Origin: Corythoichthys intestinalis
Taxonomy: Eukaryota
NCBI RefSeq assembly: GCF_030265065.1
Contig: NC_080406.1
Location: forward strand, 15,849,094-15,913,093
Direction of reading: 5' to 3'
Length of the DNA stretch: 64,000 nucleotides
In this document: in pieces, positions 39,827-51,919 of the stretch
Position numbering within the stretch: the first letter of the stretch is position 1
How the letters are laid out: each line of letters begins with the position of its first letter
Translations under genes and position numbers: made by a program
Notes under the pieces: generated by a model
Seen by the model: only the letters and a program-made list of their open reading frames with translations
Databases searched by the model: none
What the model was told of the DNA's origin: nothing

Positions 39827-42320
39827 ACAGTGGTATGAAAATGTATCTGAACTCTCACATTTCTGCATAAAATCAGCATCAAATATGATCTGATCTTTTT
39901 CAAAATCACACAGATGAAAATACAGTGTCTGCTTTAAAACAACCCAAACATTTATAGGTTTTCATAATTTAATGAGGATTGCATACGAACAATGACAGAA
40001 GGGAGGCGGGGGGAGTAAGTGAAGCCTCTGCCTAAGGAGACTTAAAGAGCATTTGAAACCAATTTTTACCAAAAATTTTAAGTCAGGTGTGTGCCCAATC
40101 ACTGATGAGTGGTTTAAAGCTGTCCTTCCCGCTATAAAACACACACCTGGTAAGAAATGTCTTGATGAGAAGCATTGTCTGATGTGCATCATGGCTCGGT
40201 CAAGAGCTTCTCTGAAGACCTGCAAGCAAGGATTGCTGGTTTTTATAAAGCTGAGAAAGGATGCAAAACCATCTCTAAAAGTCTGGATGTTCATCAGTCG
40301 ACAGTCAGAGAAGTTGTCTACAAATGGAGAGAGTTTGGCACTGTTGCTTCTCTCTCAAGGAGTGGCCATCCACCAAAGATGACGCCAATATTTCAGCGCA
40401 GAATACTCAGAGAACTCAAGAACCCTAGAGTGTGTGCTGAAGACTTACAGAAATCACTGGTACAGTCCAATATTTCTGTGCACACATCAATTATATGTAA
40501 AACTATGGCCAAGAATGGTGTTCATGGGAGGACTCCACGGAGGAAGCCACTGCTGTCTAAGAAAAACATTGTTGCTTGTTTAATGTTCACAAAAAGGCGC
40601 TTGGACACTCCGCAGAAGTTTTGGCAAAATATTTTGTGGACTGATAAAACCAAAGTTAAATATTTTGGGAGTAACACACAACGTCATGTGTGGAGGTAAA
40701 ATGGAACAGCTCACCAGCATCAACACCTCATCCCCACCGTGAAGCATGGTGGACGGACCATCATGATTTAATAATAATAATAATAATAATAATACATTTT
40801 ATTTCTAGAGCGCTTTTCAAACACACAAAGACGCTTCACAAGAGACATGGAATCACAGTACGATAAAATGGTATTAAAAGGATAAAAAATTAAAAGCACA
40901 ATAAAAAGAAGTAAAAATATGACAGCTAGGGGTTATGGTGGGTAAGAAAGAGTGAACAGGTGTGTTTTCAGTCTAGATTTGAAAAGTGGTAGAGTAGATA
41001 TGCTGCGGAGATCAGGAGGTAGGGAGTTCCAGAGCTGGGGGGCGTAATGACTAAAAGCTCTGGAACCAAAGGTGGAGAGGCGGACACGGGGGACGGAGAG
41101 GGGAGGAATAGTGGTAGAGCGAAGTGAACGGGTTGGATTGTTTAGATGGAGAAGATCGCAAAGGTAGGGAGGGGCCAGGCCATGGAGTATTTTGAAGGTG
41201 ATGATGAGGATTTTGTAATTGATTCTTTGTTTGACGGGAAGCCAGTGAAGTTGACGGAGGATTGGGGTAATGTGGTGTGTTGCGGGGGTTCGTGTGATGA
41301 GGCGTGCTGCTGAGTTCTGGAGGAGCTGCAGTTTTTGGAGGGACTTGTTAGGGAGACCGAAGAGCAGTGAGTTGCCATAATCGAGCCGGGAGGTTATTAG
41401 ATTACAGACCAGGGTGGAAGCGGTATGGCGGGTGAGAGAAGGGAGGAGGCGAGAAATGTTGCGAAAGTGGAAATAGGCTGATCTGGTGATGCTGTTGATA
41501 TGTGACCGGAAGGAAAGTGTGCTGTCGAGGATGACACCCAGACTCTTAACCTGAGACAAAGGAGAGATCGGTAAATTGTTGATTGTAATGGAGAACTTAT
41601 GGACATTGGAGAGCGTTGCGGTGGTACCAATTAAGAGGACCTCTGTTTTGGAGCTGTTAAGTAGGAGGAAGTTGGAGGAGAACCGGAGAACAGATTTGGG
41701 GCTGTTTTGCTGCCTCAGGGTCTGGACAACTTGCAATCATTAATGGAAGAATGAATTCAAAAGTTTTATCAGGATGTTTTGCAGGAAAACCTGAGGCCGT
41801 CTGTCAGACAGTTGAAGCTAAAAAGAGGATGGATGCTGCAACTAGACAATGATCCAAAACACAGAAGTAAATCAACTTCAAAATGGTTTAAGAAAAACAA
41901 AATACACATTGTGGAGTGGCCAAGTCAAAGTCCAGCCCATTGAGATGCTATGGCATGACCTAAAGACATCGATTCATGCCAGACATCCCAGGAATCTGAC
42001 TGAACTACAGCAGTTTTGTTGAGACAAATGGGCCAAGATTAGTCCTGATCGATGTGCCAGAATGATCTGCAGCTACAAGAAGTGTCTAGTTGAAGTTATT
42101 GCTGTCAAGGGGGTGGGCACAAAATATTAAATGTGATGGTTCACTTACTCATTTTCCCCCTTCTGTCATTGTTTGCATACTATCCTCATTAAAATATGAA
42201 AACCTATAAATTTTTGTGTGGTTTTAGTTCAAGCAGAGACTTTTATTTCATCTGTGTGATTTTGACAAAGATCAGATCACATTCAATGGTGATTTTCAGA
42301 TACTTGTTCATACCACTGTA
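39827..42320 (+). mobile_element. Tc1/mariner family C element carrying a nested L2 3' fragment
   Basis: Left ITR tacagtggtatgaaaatgtatctgaa..., right ITR ...ttcagatacttgttcataccactgta. Transposase ORF 40175-40699, then a C-terminus after 41737 with frameshifts. Confidence 0.8.
40769..41736 (-). mobile_element. L2/CR1-clade LINE 3' fragment inserted into the Tc1 transposase gene
   Basis: Minus-strand ORF 40933-41736 has the LINE ORF2 C-terminus ([18 protein letters not shown]...[14 protein letters not shown]). The 3' end sits at 40769 with an (AAT)n tail. Confidence 0.75.
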
Positions 42321-42522
42321 TATACTGTATATCCTGATAATTTTCCTGCAAAGCGAGAGCAAATGTTCAGTCCAGCTCAAAGCCAAATATGACAAGTCAT
42401 GAGAGAGGAAATGTGATCACCTGTGACCACTGAATGAGCAGAAAAGCTCAAACCTCAATTGATTTAAACAGAAATAGGACTGCATTCAATGTTCTTGTGC
42501 TCTATTCTGTGTTTGTTGTTAG

Positions 42523-42690
42523 GTGAGCAGAGCAGAGGGCTTGTTGATTCAGGCTCAAGAAAAACTAAATGTGGCACAGCATGTCACAGCTCTCGAGCTT
42601 CTGAATGAAGTTTACACACTGCTGCCACACAGAAAACCTAATACAGCTTGCGATGCAAAGCTTATCTCCCAAAAACTGGACCTCTGTCAG
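42523..42690 (+). CDS. parp4: parp4 exon VSRAEGLLIQAQEKLNVAQHVTALELLNEVYTLLPHRKPNTACDAKLISQKLDLCQ
   Basis: Acceptor tgtttgttgttag|GTG and donor CAG|gtatgt. Parallels human VSKAEGILLL...KADLCQ. Confidence 0.85.
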
Positions 42691-43865
42691 GTATGTTAAA
42701 ACATCCATTGCAGCCATATACACTTTAGGTACACAATGATACTAATATAAAGACTATGAAGGGGAGTTTATACGAGTCTTTTCCAGTCCACAGTTCACAC
42801 TTGTGCTGCAACAGATAACCATCCATTGTAATTAATATTGCCGCCTTGTAACAAACCACAGCCCAAAGCGGGTTTTGTTTTGCCTCCTCAATTTGGTTGT
42901 GCTTTCTTCTGCTTCTGAAGCCTGTCGAAAACACTTTGATGAACTCACAAAAATACCCGCAAGCTTGTTCTTTTTCTGCTTTTGAACATTTGAAACGCTG
43001 ACAGCCTTCAACTGCAAAGAATACACTCATTTATATTTTTTGATTTAGCTGCCTTCATCTTATTTCGTTTATAAAGCTTACATTTTTTGTATTTGTCACA
43101 TATTAGATCTCTATAGGTTAAATTTATAGACTCTGCACAAAAACATGTAAGATCACCTTAGAATAGTTTAAAAATAATCTTTAATATTGTTTCACTTCTT
43201 CCTCACAACTTTTTAGTGTAATCTATTTTAAATTTAGGTCGTAGTAAAAAAAAAAAAAACATTTGTAAAGTGATAGATTAAATTAGTTTCACACCAAGAA
43301 CAACAATCTGCATCTTTTGAAACTTGAAATGAACATCAATTGCATGTGCAGCAAAGCTTGTTAAAGCAATAGATTGATCTGATGATCAGTATTTGTTTGA
43401 GTGCCATATTGGAGGCCAGATGGTGGGTATGCTTTTAACGTCAGGTCAGAAGCTGAAATCATTTAAATCAGCTTGGTAAGATTTTTCAAGCTTGTTATAC
43501 ATATTGAGATGAGTGTTGAGAAATTGAACATAGTACGCAGAGTCTGAGCAGTCAGGTTCCGATGAGGCCGAGCCTTCCTGGCTCAGAACATAACCGTATG
43601 TGAACCTAAATCTTCTCCCGCTATATTAGAACCACCCACGGTCCCCCTCGACCCTGGCTGGTGGTGGTCGAATGTTTCTATTCAAATATTCATTTTGAGG
43701 CGTGTGACGTCACAGGCTGGCTCACCAATTTGACAGACTGTAAAATAAAACACCATATAATCTCACTTTATTTAAATGTTGGACAAGCCTGGGCTTCCTT
43801 TGTTTTATATTTTTTCATTAGGACCTATAAATTGATGACTCACAAAATTGTCTATCATGTACATC

Positions 43866-44700
43866 AGTGTTTTTCATCCTGTGTGCCGTGAGAGATCGTT
43901 AAGTGTGCCGCGAGAAATTACGCAATATCGCATTTATTTTTTTGTTTTTTTCATTTTTACGTCATCAGGCAGAGATGCAGTAGGATGGAAAAAGCAGGTC
44001 GAAGGTTTCGGTTTTGCCCGTGTGCAGATGAGCGGGATATTGCTAGTGTCGCGTTCAAAAACTGCTCGGATTTGTAGTCATCAGCCACCTGACAATGTGG
44101 ACCCCAGCACGTCTACTGTACATAATTTGATTGATTACACATGAAAGTGTCCTTTCCATTTTATCCATATGTGACGGCCTTCAATCCTCCCCGTGTTTTA
44201 TTCCAACACATTGTCGAGGACAGCAAGGTAGCTGATGGCTAGAAATCCGAGCAGTTCTTGAATGCGATATGAGCAGCTATCCAACAGCGACATGGTGGCA
44301 AGCAAGCTAAACTTAATCTCCAAACAAAACAACATCGCTTCAAAACAAGTTGATAGATTATTTTGTTCGCCTTTGTTAAAAACACAGAGAAACTGGCAAC
44401 TGTTTTTGAGAAAAACTACACAGGTAAATGAGAAAGCCCCCAAAGCCAATTACCTTGTTGCTGAACTTGTTGCTAAAACCAAAAAGTCCCACACTCTGGC
44501 AGAGAAATTAATACTACCTGCCTGCAAAGCCATTGTCAATGAGATGCTCGGTCCTGATGTGGTTAGAGACATTGCTAAAGCAAGAGGTGTTGAAGAAGAG
44601 CTTCGTGTGTGTCTTTCTTCAATTCCTGCCAGGATATCGGCTTTGTGTTCATCTAAACAGGCTCAAGTTTCACTCTGAGTAAGTTTAAATATTGAAAAAT
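43866..44700 (+). mobile_element. hAT (Charlie/Buster-like) 5' fragment with a transposase N-terminal ORF
   Basis: Starts CAGTGTTTTTCA as at 12531. ORF 44262-44678 contains ANYLVAELVAKTKKSHTLAEKLILPACKAIVNEMLG, the conserved pre-DDE motif of Charlie-type hAT transposases. There is an internal inverted repeat at 44048-44085 versus 44228-44270. Confidence 0.55.
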
Positions 44701-44925
44701 TATTTTATAATAAAAAATACTGTACAGAAGGTGATTTTGGAACATTTTTGGTTTGTGGTGTGCCGCAAGATTTTTTCCAATGTAAAAACGTGCCATGATT
44801 CAGAAAAGGTTGAAAAACACTGATGGACATTATATCTGCACTTACGGAAAAATAAATCGCACTTCTCACTCTGCCACGAGCACGTTTCTCATTGAGATTT
44901 GTGAGAGAATGTCTGTCATTTCTAG

Positions 44926-45077
44926 TTAATTCGAGACATCCTGAACATGAACGAGATGATGCTTAAAAGCCCCACCCTTTCCAGCTTTGGCAAGTTTCGC
45001 GCCCTGAGGTGCAGTATTGAAGTGGTAGAGCCCGACTGCTCTGAATACACCACTGTGTCGTCTCTGCTCCAAGACAG
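44926..45077 (+). CDS. parp4: parp4 exon LIRDILNMNEMMLKSPTLSSFGKFRALRCSIEVVEPDCSEYTTVSSLLQD(R)
   Basis: Acceptor tgtcatttctag|TTA and donor ACAG|gtgaga, ending in phase 2. Parallels human LIRDMVNVCETNLSKPNPPSLAKYRALRCKIEHVEQ. Confidence 0.85.
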
Positions 45078-46192
45078 GTGAGAAGTTTACATTGACTATA
45101 TCAAAGCATCACAAAGAAATTGTAGGAACCTAAATTATTATCATGATTCTACAGAAATCATGCAGAGCAAATCAACAGAGAAGCTTAAGTAGCATAAAGA
45201 TCGCAGACCTAATGTCATCCACAGCATCAGTTGATATTAAAGACAAAATTACTGTATTTTTAGGTATAGTTTTGTTCTTGATTTGTTCATAGTTATTCAA
45301 AACACAATTGACCAACCCAAATGTTGGAACCGCGAACAGTTTGCTAGTATCACTAATAGTAAGTAGTCATCATGTTACCATTCTAGTCAAAGGGCTTGTC
45401 TGTCATAAACCATGATCAACAATTGTCAAAGAAGACCTTCGATGAAAAACTTCAAAAGACTAACATTTCAACGAGAACCCTGACATTTACTCATATTTTA
45501 CCACAAAAAAACAGCATTGTTATGACATTCTGCATTAAAAACAAATTTAACTTTAAAATTTATTTTAACTTTAAATTCCACAATTCTGTCCGCGATTCAG
45601 CCTTTGTGGAAATGATCGTGCCCTATTTACAGACCAGATAGCAGTGTTGCTGCCATGCCCACTGGAAGCACTTTTGGGTTCAGTGTTTTGTCCAATGACA
45701 GTTCGACAGTGGGCAGTGAAGACATCTGTCAGCTGACCCTTCCGCCACTGAAAAACCTGGTCTACCAACTGAGGCATAGGAGGACTATATTTGAAATTGA
45801 AGAAAAGCTGGTGGATTTATGGCAGAAGCACTTTTGCAAAGGGTTAAAAGAGGAAAAATGCATTTGTAAAAAACTATTAAATTGTTAGCCTAATTGCCTA
45901 AGTCATACTTTTGCCAAATTGAGATTTATGCATAATTTCACTCTTCTACCAAGCTGCATCGTTTTGCATATGACAGCAAAAAGCATGTTTATTTCATATT
46001 TTACACGGTATTTTATGCTTGTGAATGAAATGGACCATTTGGATGTGTGTGGAAGCGATCGTTTTATTTATTCAATTTTTTTAATCCCGCGCTATGAAAA
46101 TGACTGACTTCCAGCTCCAATCTCGGGTTGAGGACGAATTCGAATGTGACGTCACCTGGGTCAGCATCTCACAATACAGCATTGCGTTACAG

Positions 46193-46424
46193 CACAGGTG
46201 TCAAACCGATTCCGGAAAGGGCCAAGTGGGTGCAGGTTTGCTTTCCAACCAATGAAGAGGAAACCTTTTCACCAATTCGATCTTTTACATTTGTAATCAG
46301 TTAAACTTTGTCAGGTGCTGCTTGTTTCAGCAGGAAGTTCATTGGTTAAACTCTCTGCGCGTTATCGGTTGGAACAAAATCCAGCACCCACTTGGCCCTT
46401 TCTGGAATCGGTTTGACACCTGTG
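46193..46424. mobile_element. 232-bp hAT MITE (CACRGGTGTCAAACCGATTCC...GGAATCGGTTTGACACCTGTG) with an 8-bp TSD
   Basis: Near-perfect palindromic termini. Flanks CGTTACAG (46185-46192) and CTTTACAG (46425-46432) match at 7 of 8 positions. Second copy at 63586-63817. Confidence 0.8.
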
Positions 46425-46639
46425 CTTTACAGCATGCAGCTGGACTGCAGATTCAGCTGACTTTGCGGATTATTTCGTTTATTTTTTGCATCATGCCAGC
46501 CAATGTGCTGCAGGGTTTTGTTGCTGCACCAGGGAGAGGCATGTGAGCCTTTTTGGGTTTCAAAAAGTTCCCGTTCACCGCGAGATTGGCCAAAACAAGT
46601 CAGAGAACTGTGAGATCATTGGACTTAAGAGGAAGTAAG

Positions 46640-47730
46640 TAAACATTGTGCTTTGTAATATGTCAAATACTGGGATCATGGCACACGTTGTAATACGAAG
46701 GTGGCTGACATTGCTCCTTGTCCACCGAGAATGCCACTCAGCCGACGACCAGCGGCTTCTCGCATATCCACCTCAGTCCTCTTCGCGTGCCCGCCGGGAG
46801 AGCACTATACTCGGCTTATGCTCGTGCGGTTCTCCATATCGCCCAGATTTCCAGACCCCTCTGCGCTTTTCATGTGCCCAGCAATAGACCACTATCCTTG
46901 GGTTGGGCCTGGGAAGCTACGCACTCCTCCTACGTCGGCCGGTTTGTCCGGCGGCAAACAAGCTCTCCTGCCCGCAGCAGGGGAACGACGAGCTGTAACT
47001 TGCTCGCCGCCGGGGGGGGGGGGGGGGGGGGGGGGCGATCAGTGAAGACATGATCCAGGGAAGTTTTGTGTGATTTTTCGCTTCGAAAGGCGAGCATAAG
47101 ACTTTCAAACGCCGCTTGGGTCGGGTTAGTATGTCGGCTAGCTGTCACGCTTCCTTTTTTGTTTGCGCTCTTCCCTCTGTCTCCGAAGCCGGGGCAGGAA
47201 AATGACAAAAGCCGGACTAACTCCGGTGGCATAAAATATCATCGGGAGGTGCAAGAAGTCGACAGTTTTGACCATTATGCAGTAATTTTGCCATGTCGTA
47301 CTGAATAAATGCATTTTTGATATTTCATATTCCATTTAGTACAAGACTGTTTATTTGTCATTACCATACCATTTATTTAGCAATTGGGGAGAATACTCAG
47401 ATAAAAAGAATATATTGTAAAAATATTGGAGTAGAGCGATTGGAATGATGGCATTTTGTTGCTCTCCTTGTCGCATTTTTCTCGTTCAGAATAATTCCAC
47501 CTCAATGGGCTGAATTCTAAATCAGATGAAATCGTGACCCTGTTGACGTCATCCTCCAGCTGGGGACGCTAGAGCGCGATAATGACAGGCAGGGGCTAAA
47601 CGATAGATTCAAAGATTAATTTCTCGTCATCTGTGCTTTGCCAAATTGTTGTACAGTATATAGTCGAATCCTCTACAAATATGATTCCAATTCACGTAAT
47701 AATGCTATTTAAGATTTTTTTCCTACTGTC
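46640..47730 (-). repeat. Unclassified interspersed repeat family R, copy 2 (reverse orientation), containing a 24-nt poly-G
   Basis: The reverse complement aligns with 58650-59900 and 62985-64000 (e.g. ...aatctgccggttagccacgcttaccattatagg...; ...gcgtgacagctagctgacatgctaacccgaacc...). The poly-G at 47012-47035 replaces the ccggccggtttgccgatcc found in copy 1. Confidence 0.6.
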
Positions 47731-48218
47731 ACAGGCACTTTAAGCCAATCAGAATTGTTCAAAAACACTCTCTGCCTGAGTCATGAAAATATGAATGTTT
47801 CCACATTTTTTTCTCTATTTTTCTGAAAAAGTTCAAATATGAGTTGGCTAATGAACTATATTATCGAATAAATGGAGTGATGCCATGTAAATTTTTTCAT
47901 CTCTGTTCTGTGATTGGCCCGTCCATTTTGTGGTGTGGCTAAGCAAAAGTACTGTATATGCAGTCGTCCATGCTACCATTGAGACTAACCATTTGGTGTA
48001 GTAATGACGATTGAAGCCTTTTTAACAAACTAAGCAGATCATGAACACATGTATTTAGAAACACACTGCAATTTCTTCCCTATAGGGGCGTTTTCAGCCA
48101 CAGCTTCCGTCCTTGTCTGCTTCATGCTGGATTGATTCCCAGTGGGCTTATAAAAGCTTACTTTTCATTCATAAGAGCCACTTATGAATTAAATGTCTGC
48201 CTTAAATGCCTTTTTCAG

Positions 48219-48350
48219 AGCCGTGCATATCCATCAGGTGCTCCGTGTCAGTAGAGCGGTGGAACTTCAGACCTTTAACAGCAAGCTCGGCAACGTCAAG
48301 TCCCTCCTTCACTCCTCCAGTCCCAGCAACTTTGTCGGAATTCTGTCGCG
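48219..48350 (+). CDS. parp4: parp4 exon, start of the PARP catalytic domain: (R)AVHIHQVLRVSRAVELQTFNSKLGNVKSLLHSSSPSNFVGILS(R)
   Basis: Acceptor gcctttttcag|A and donor CG|gtgggt. Contains the catalytic-triad His within the motif LLHSSS (human LLHGSP). Confidence 0.8.
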
Positions 48351-49364
48351 GTGGGTTTAGCCATGAAAAACACATAAGCCCCTTTCAGACATACGATGAA
48401 GTCCGGTACGGTTACGGTATGCTCTATGTGTAAACACAATATGACTGCTGACATGGATTTTAGCTGACCTAATTTTAATGAAATTTATGTAGCCCTCTAT
48501 GAAAGATCAAACACTACTGAAACCAGAATATTTACCGTTTTTTAAAGAAAAATAAAGATTATAGAATTTAAAATAGGAGAATACAATTTTCCTTTATTTT
48601 TAAATTACATTTTAAATTTAAATAAAAGGCTAATGTAAACAAAAAATAGTAAAACTGAATAAGAATAAAATAAAGATTTTTTTGTGTAATATTAATAATA
48701 TAGATACAATAAATAATATGTGATACATTAATATTTCTTCTTTATTTTTAGTTTATTATTTATTAAAAATGTAAATAAGTAAATAAAAATGAAAAACAAG
48801 GAAATATTTGCTGTTAAGGAGCTAAAAAAACAATTTGCACAAGTTTAAGGTCTCTAAACGATTAATACACTGTCAAAATAGTTATTTATGTATTTGATCA
48901 TTTGTCGATTACTCGATTAATTGTGGCAGCCGTACTTAGTAGACATAATGGCCCTCTGAAGGAAAACCGCTACAATTTGGCCTCTGTCAAAGTTGATTTT
49001 GAACATCCTGCTCTACATAACTGAGCTTCTTACATAATGCAGTTATACAATGAATTTTTGAATGCCCAAAAAATGCCACGCTAAAGATCTGCTGTACATA
49101 TGCGATGTAATTTCAGCCCCCCCACCAATAAACATATTAATAATATTTTTTTTTAGGTATGACTTTACTTACAATTACATAGACAACTATTTTATGAATT
49201 ATTCACGTAACGTACAAGCCTACAAAATTTATTTCCTGTAAATGTACAATGTAAACCGCAGGATTGATGTGTTTGTCCAGAATTTGAGGGTAACGTCCAT
49301 TATTTGCCGACTGCAGTTTCTTCAATCTAACGATCGGGATGTTTGACATGCCCTCTCTTCTTAG

Positions 49365-49463
49365 TGGTTTGCTGTTACCTTGTGTTGGAGTGATGAAGCA
49401 TGGGATTGTACGAACAGATGCTGGCCGTCTTGGAAATGGCATATACTTCACCAATAGCATGAG
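49365..49463 (+). CDS. parp4: parp4 exon GLLLPCVGVMKHGIVRTDAGRLGNGIYFTNSM
   Basis: Acceptor ccctctcttcttag|T and donor ATGAG|gtcagg. Contains the GIYF(T/S)xS motif with the catalytic Tyr. Confidence 0.85.
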
Positions 49464-49679
49464 GTCAGGAAGCAATTGTTTTAAAGCAACACTAGGTAAC
49501 CTTTCAACCTTTATAAAATATTTTCATAACATTTGTGTTGATATGTTGACTGACAACTAGTTGAATGACGCCTCTTTTATGTCTTGAGGGGGTATGTATT
49601 GCTTTAATTGGCACTAATTAACATTGGCCCGGCTTTCACTCGCTGGCATGACAGCCCATCCCAACCAAACTTGTCATCG

Positions 49680-50560
49680 CTGACGAGTTTGGGTGGGGTG
49701 GGGAGTTAGCCACACTAAGTGGCCGTTTACATGGTGATTCTCCGAGAATACGAAAAATTTCATGTTTGCATTTATATGGTTCGGTCTCCATTCGGACAAT
49801 GTTGCAATTCCACATGAAAACGATGTAGTATTCATGCCAGGCCCTAGGGGGCAGTGAAGATTTACAAGGCGACAGCGAATGATGCATTTTGACCTCCTTA
49901 GCCCGGAAGACAACATGCCCGCCCACTCCTAGCAATGGCATTTTCTTTTGTTCAAAAAAAGCAAAAAAATGGAAACATTCAACCTATTTAAATTAAAAAT
50001 ATTATAAAAACAGTAAATTTGCCGTTTGCTGTTTTTAATGTTTAGTAGCTCCGCTGCGCACGCCCAATTTGACGTGTACAATTGCTGATGTTATCGGCGT
50101 GGTCTGCGCCGCGGGAGCTTTTGATATGCATGCGGAGCAAGTCCCCCTCAACCCCCCGCAATCGGATTCTTCCACTTTGGAGGCAGGATTCAGAATTTTT
50201 CATCTTCGCCGACACCATAAGAACGTAAGGCCACTCCGCAACACAGTCACTGCGTCTTCGTGTCGCAGAGTCACCATGTAAACTGCCCCAATGCCACACG
50301 GTTGCAAACCGTCATATGCTATTGTTTAGCCACAACTGTATTCATTACCTTGTTTATTTTTCATCCCTTATACAGCCGCTGGAAACAAATACAGTATGTT
50401 GTTAATCCATCTGCAGGCAACCATCATGATTTTACGACACTATGCGGGTGTACGAAGGTCCTCATGGGAAACGCAGTCTACTACCGCTTTTGTCCACTGG
50501 CGTCGCTAAAATTGACCAAAACTGAAAAGTTACCAAGTGTTGCTTTAATGAATTGAATAT
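49680..50560 (-). repeat. Unclassified repeat family S, copy 1 (inverted relative to 59990-60830)
   Basis: The reverse complement of 60480-60545 matches 50320-50395 (...atatgctattgtttagccacaactg.attcattacct...cagccgctgg). ggccacttagtgtggctaac occurs at 49700 and 60590. Confidence 0.5.
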
Positions 50561-50653
50561 ACCCACACTTTTAGTCTCTAGCACCTGACTGCTTTGGATT
50601 GTTTTATCAGTTCACCAATTCATACCATCTTCTTTCCTAAACGATCCATACAG

Positions 50654-50819
50654 CACATGCCTAAAATACTCAAAGCCCAGTGCCACAGACGGCTCTCGGC
50701 TGCTGCTGGTGTGTGACGTAGCCCTGGGGCACAGCCGTCAAATGAGAGACCTCGTAATTGGTGAGGCCCGTAAAATGGACCGCATCCACGACGTGGCCGA
50801 AGTCAACTCTTTGTTTATG
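50654..50819 (+). CDS. parp4: parp4 exon STCLKYSKPSATDGSRLLLVCDVALGHSRQMRDLVIGEARKMDRIHDVAEVNSLFM
   Basis: Acceptor cgatccatacag|C and donor ATG|gtaggg. Parallels human STSIKYSHPGETDGTRLLLICDVALGKCMDL. Confidence 0.8.
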
Positions 50820-51919
50820 GTAGGGCTGATTTCTTCCTCTCGGTTGATAAATAGTGAAGTTGTGTAGTGATAGTGTTAATTAAAACTTCATTGGTCCGAT
50901 AGTAATATTGTACTTTATTGTACAGGCATGTGGCCTGTGGCCATCACAAAACCTTTATTACCAGTACAGGTACCTATTATAAAAGTGTAAAATGAGAGGA
51001 GCACTAAGAGAGTCCAGACCTCCAACTAAGCAGCAAAATTCAATGTGACCTTTAAATCCTATTTCATATTACAAACATATCCTTTCAAGTTTGAGAATAA
51101 TCTAATTCTCCGTTTTTGAGTTATCATGATCACAACACCCAATGGCGTAGGTTTGGTCTCAACATTGGTCGGGACGCCATAACAGCATAACATGCTTTTA
51201 CACTTTTTGCAGGGGACGGGACATTAATAAGACCAAACAGATAGGATAAATTTCTCACAAATAGCTGGTTCCTACGTAAAAATGAAAGAGTTTAAATTGT
51301 TTTCATGGGAGTAAGTCATTTTTCATTTCAAGTCATTTAAATTTACAGTTTGTTGTGTTTTTTTTTGGGGGGGGGGGGTTCAAAATGTGCATAGGTTGCA
51401 GATATATATATATTTTTTAATTATGTAGAAAATAAATACATATTAATTAATGAATAAATGTTCAAAATGCACAGTTGAATTAACGTTAACAGTAGCAGCT
51501 TTCTACTTTTACTTGTTAGCAAGTTCACGCAGTTTATTGTTATATTAATTCTGATGCAGGTCGGACTTTCAGTAGCAAAGTTAGTGGTGTGTTCCCCACC
51601 TACACAACATTAACATCTTTTTACTGTTAAGAGGCCCTAACATTTACATTATGTACAGTGGCTACTGCTGGCCGAAAAAAACTTCTAATATCCCTCATCT
51701 TCTGGCGGGGTTGTTTGAATGTGGCGGTTCTTGTCATCATCCAATCAAACGAGCGTTTTAAGAAAAAAAATTGACCGCCACATTCAGCAAATGAAAAACG
51801 GTAAATGTTAGTCTGCACATAAAGAAAATACAGTAATTCACTTAATAATGGTAGGGTCAATTCTATCATTAGAACATATGGGAAGACAATCTAAATGACC
51901 TATATAACTGAACTCACCA

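Noticed and set aside
45628-45888. Candidate parp4 exon (ORF 45655-45888, PDSSVAAMPTGSTFGFSVLSNDSS...) after acceptor ccctatttacag
   Set aside because: The translation has no similarity to PARP4. The genuine next exon at 48219 matches the human sequence, and phase continuity holds without it.
46701-47053. Two overlapping GC-rich ORFs (114 and 111 aa) ending in poly-Gly
   Set aside because: They lie inside R-family repeat copy 2 and run into the poly-G tract. They have low complexity and no domain, and are not conserved in the other R copies.
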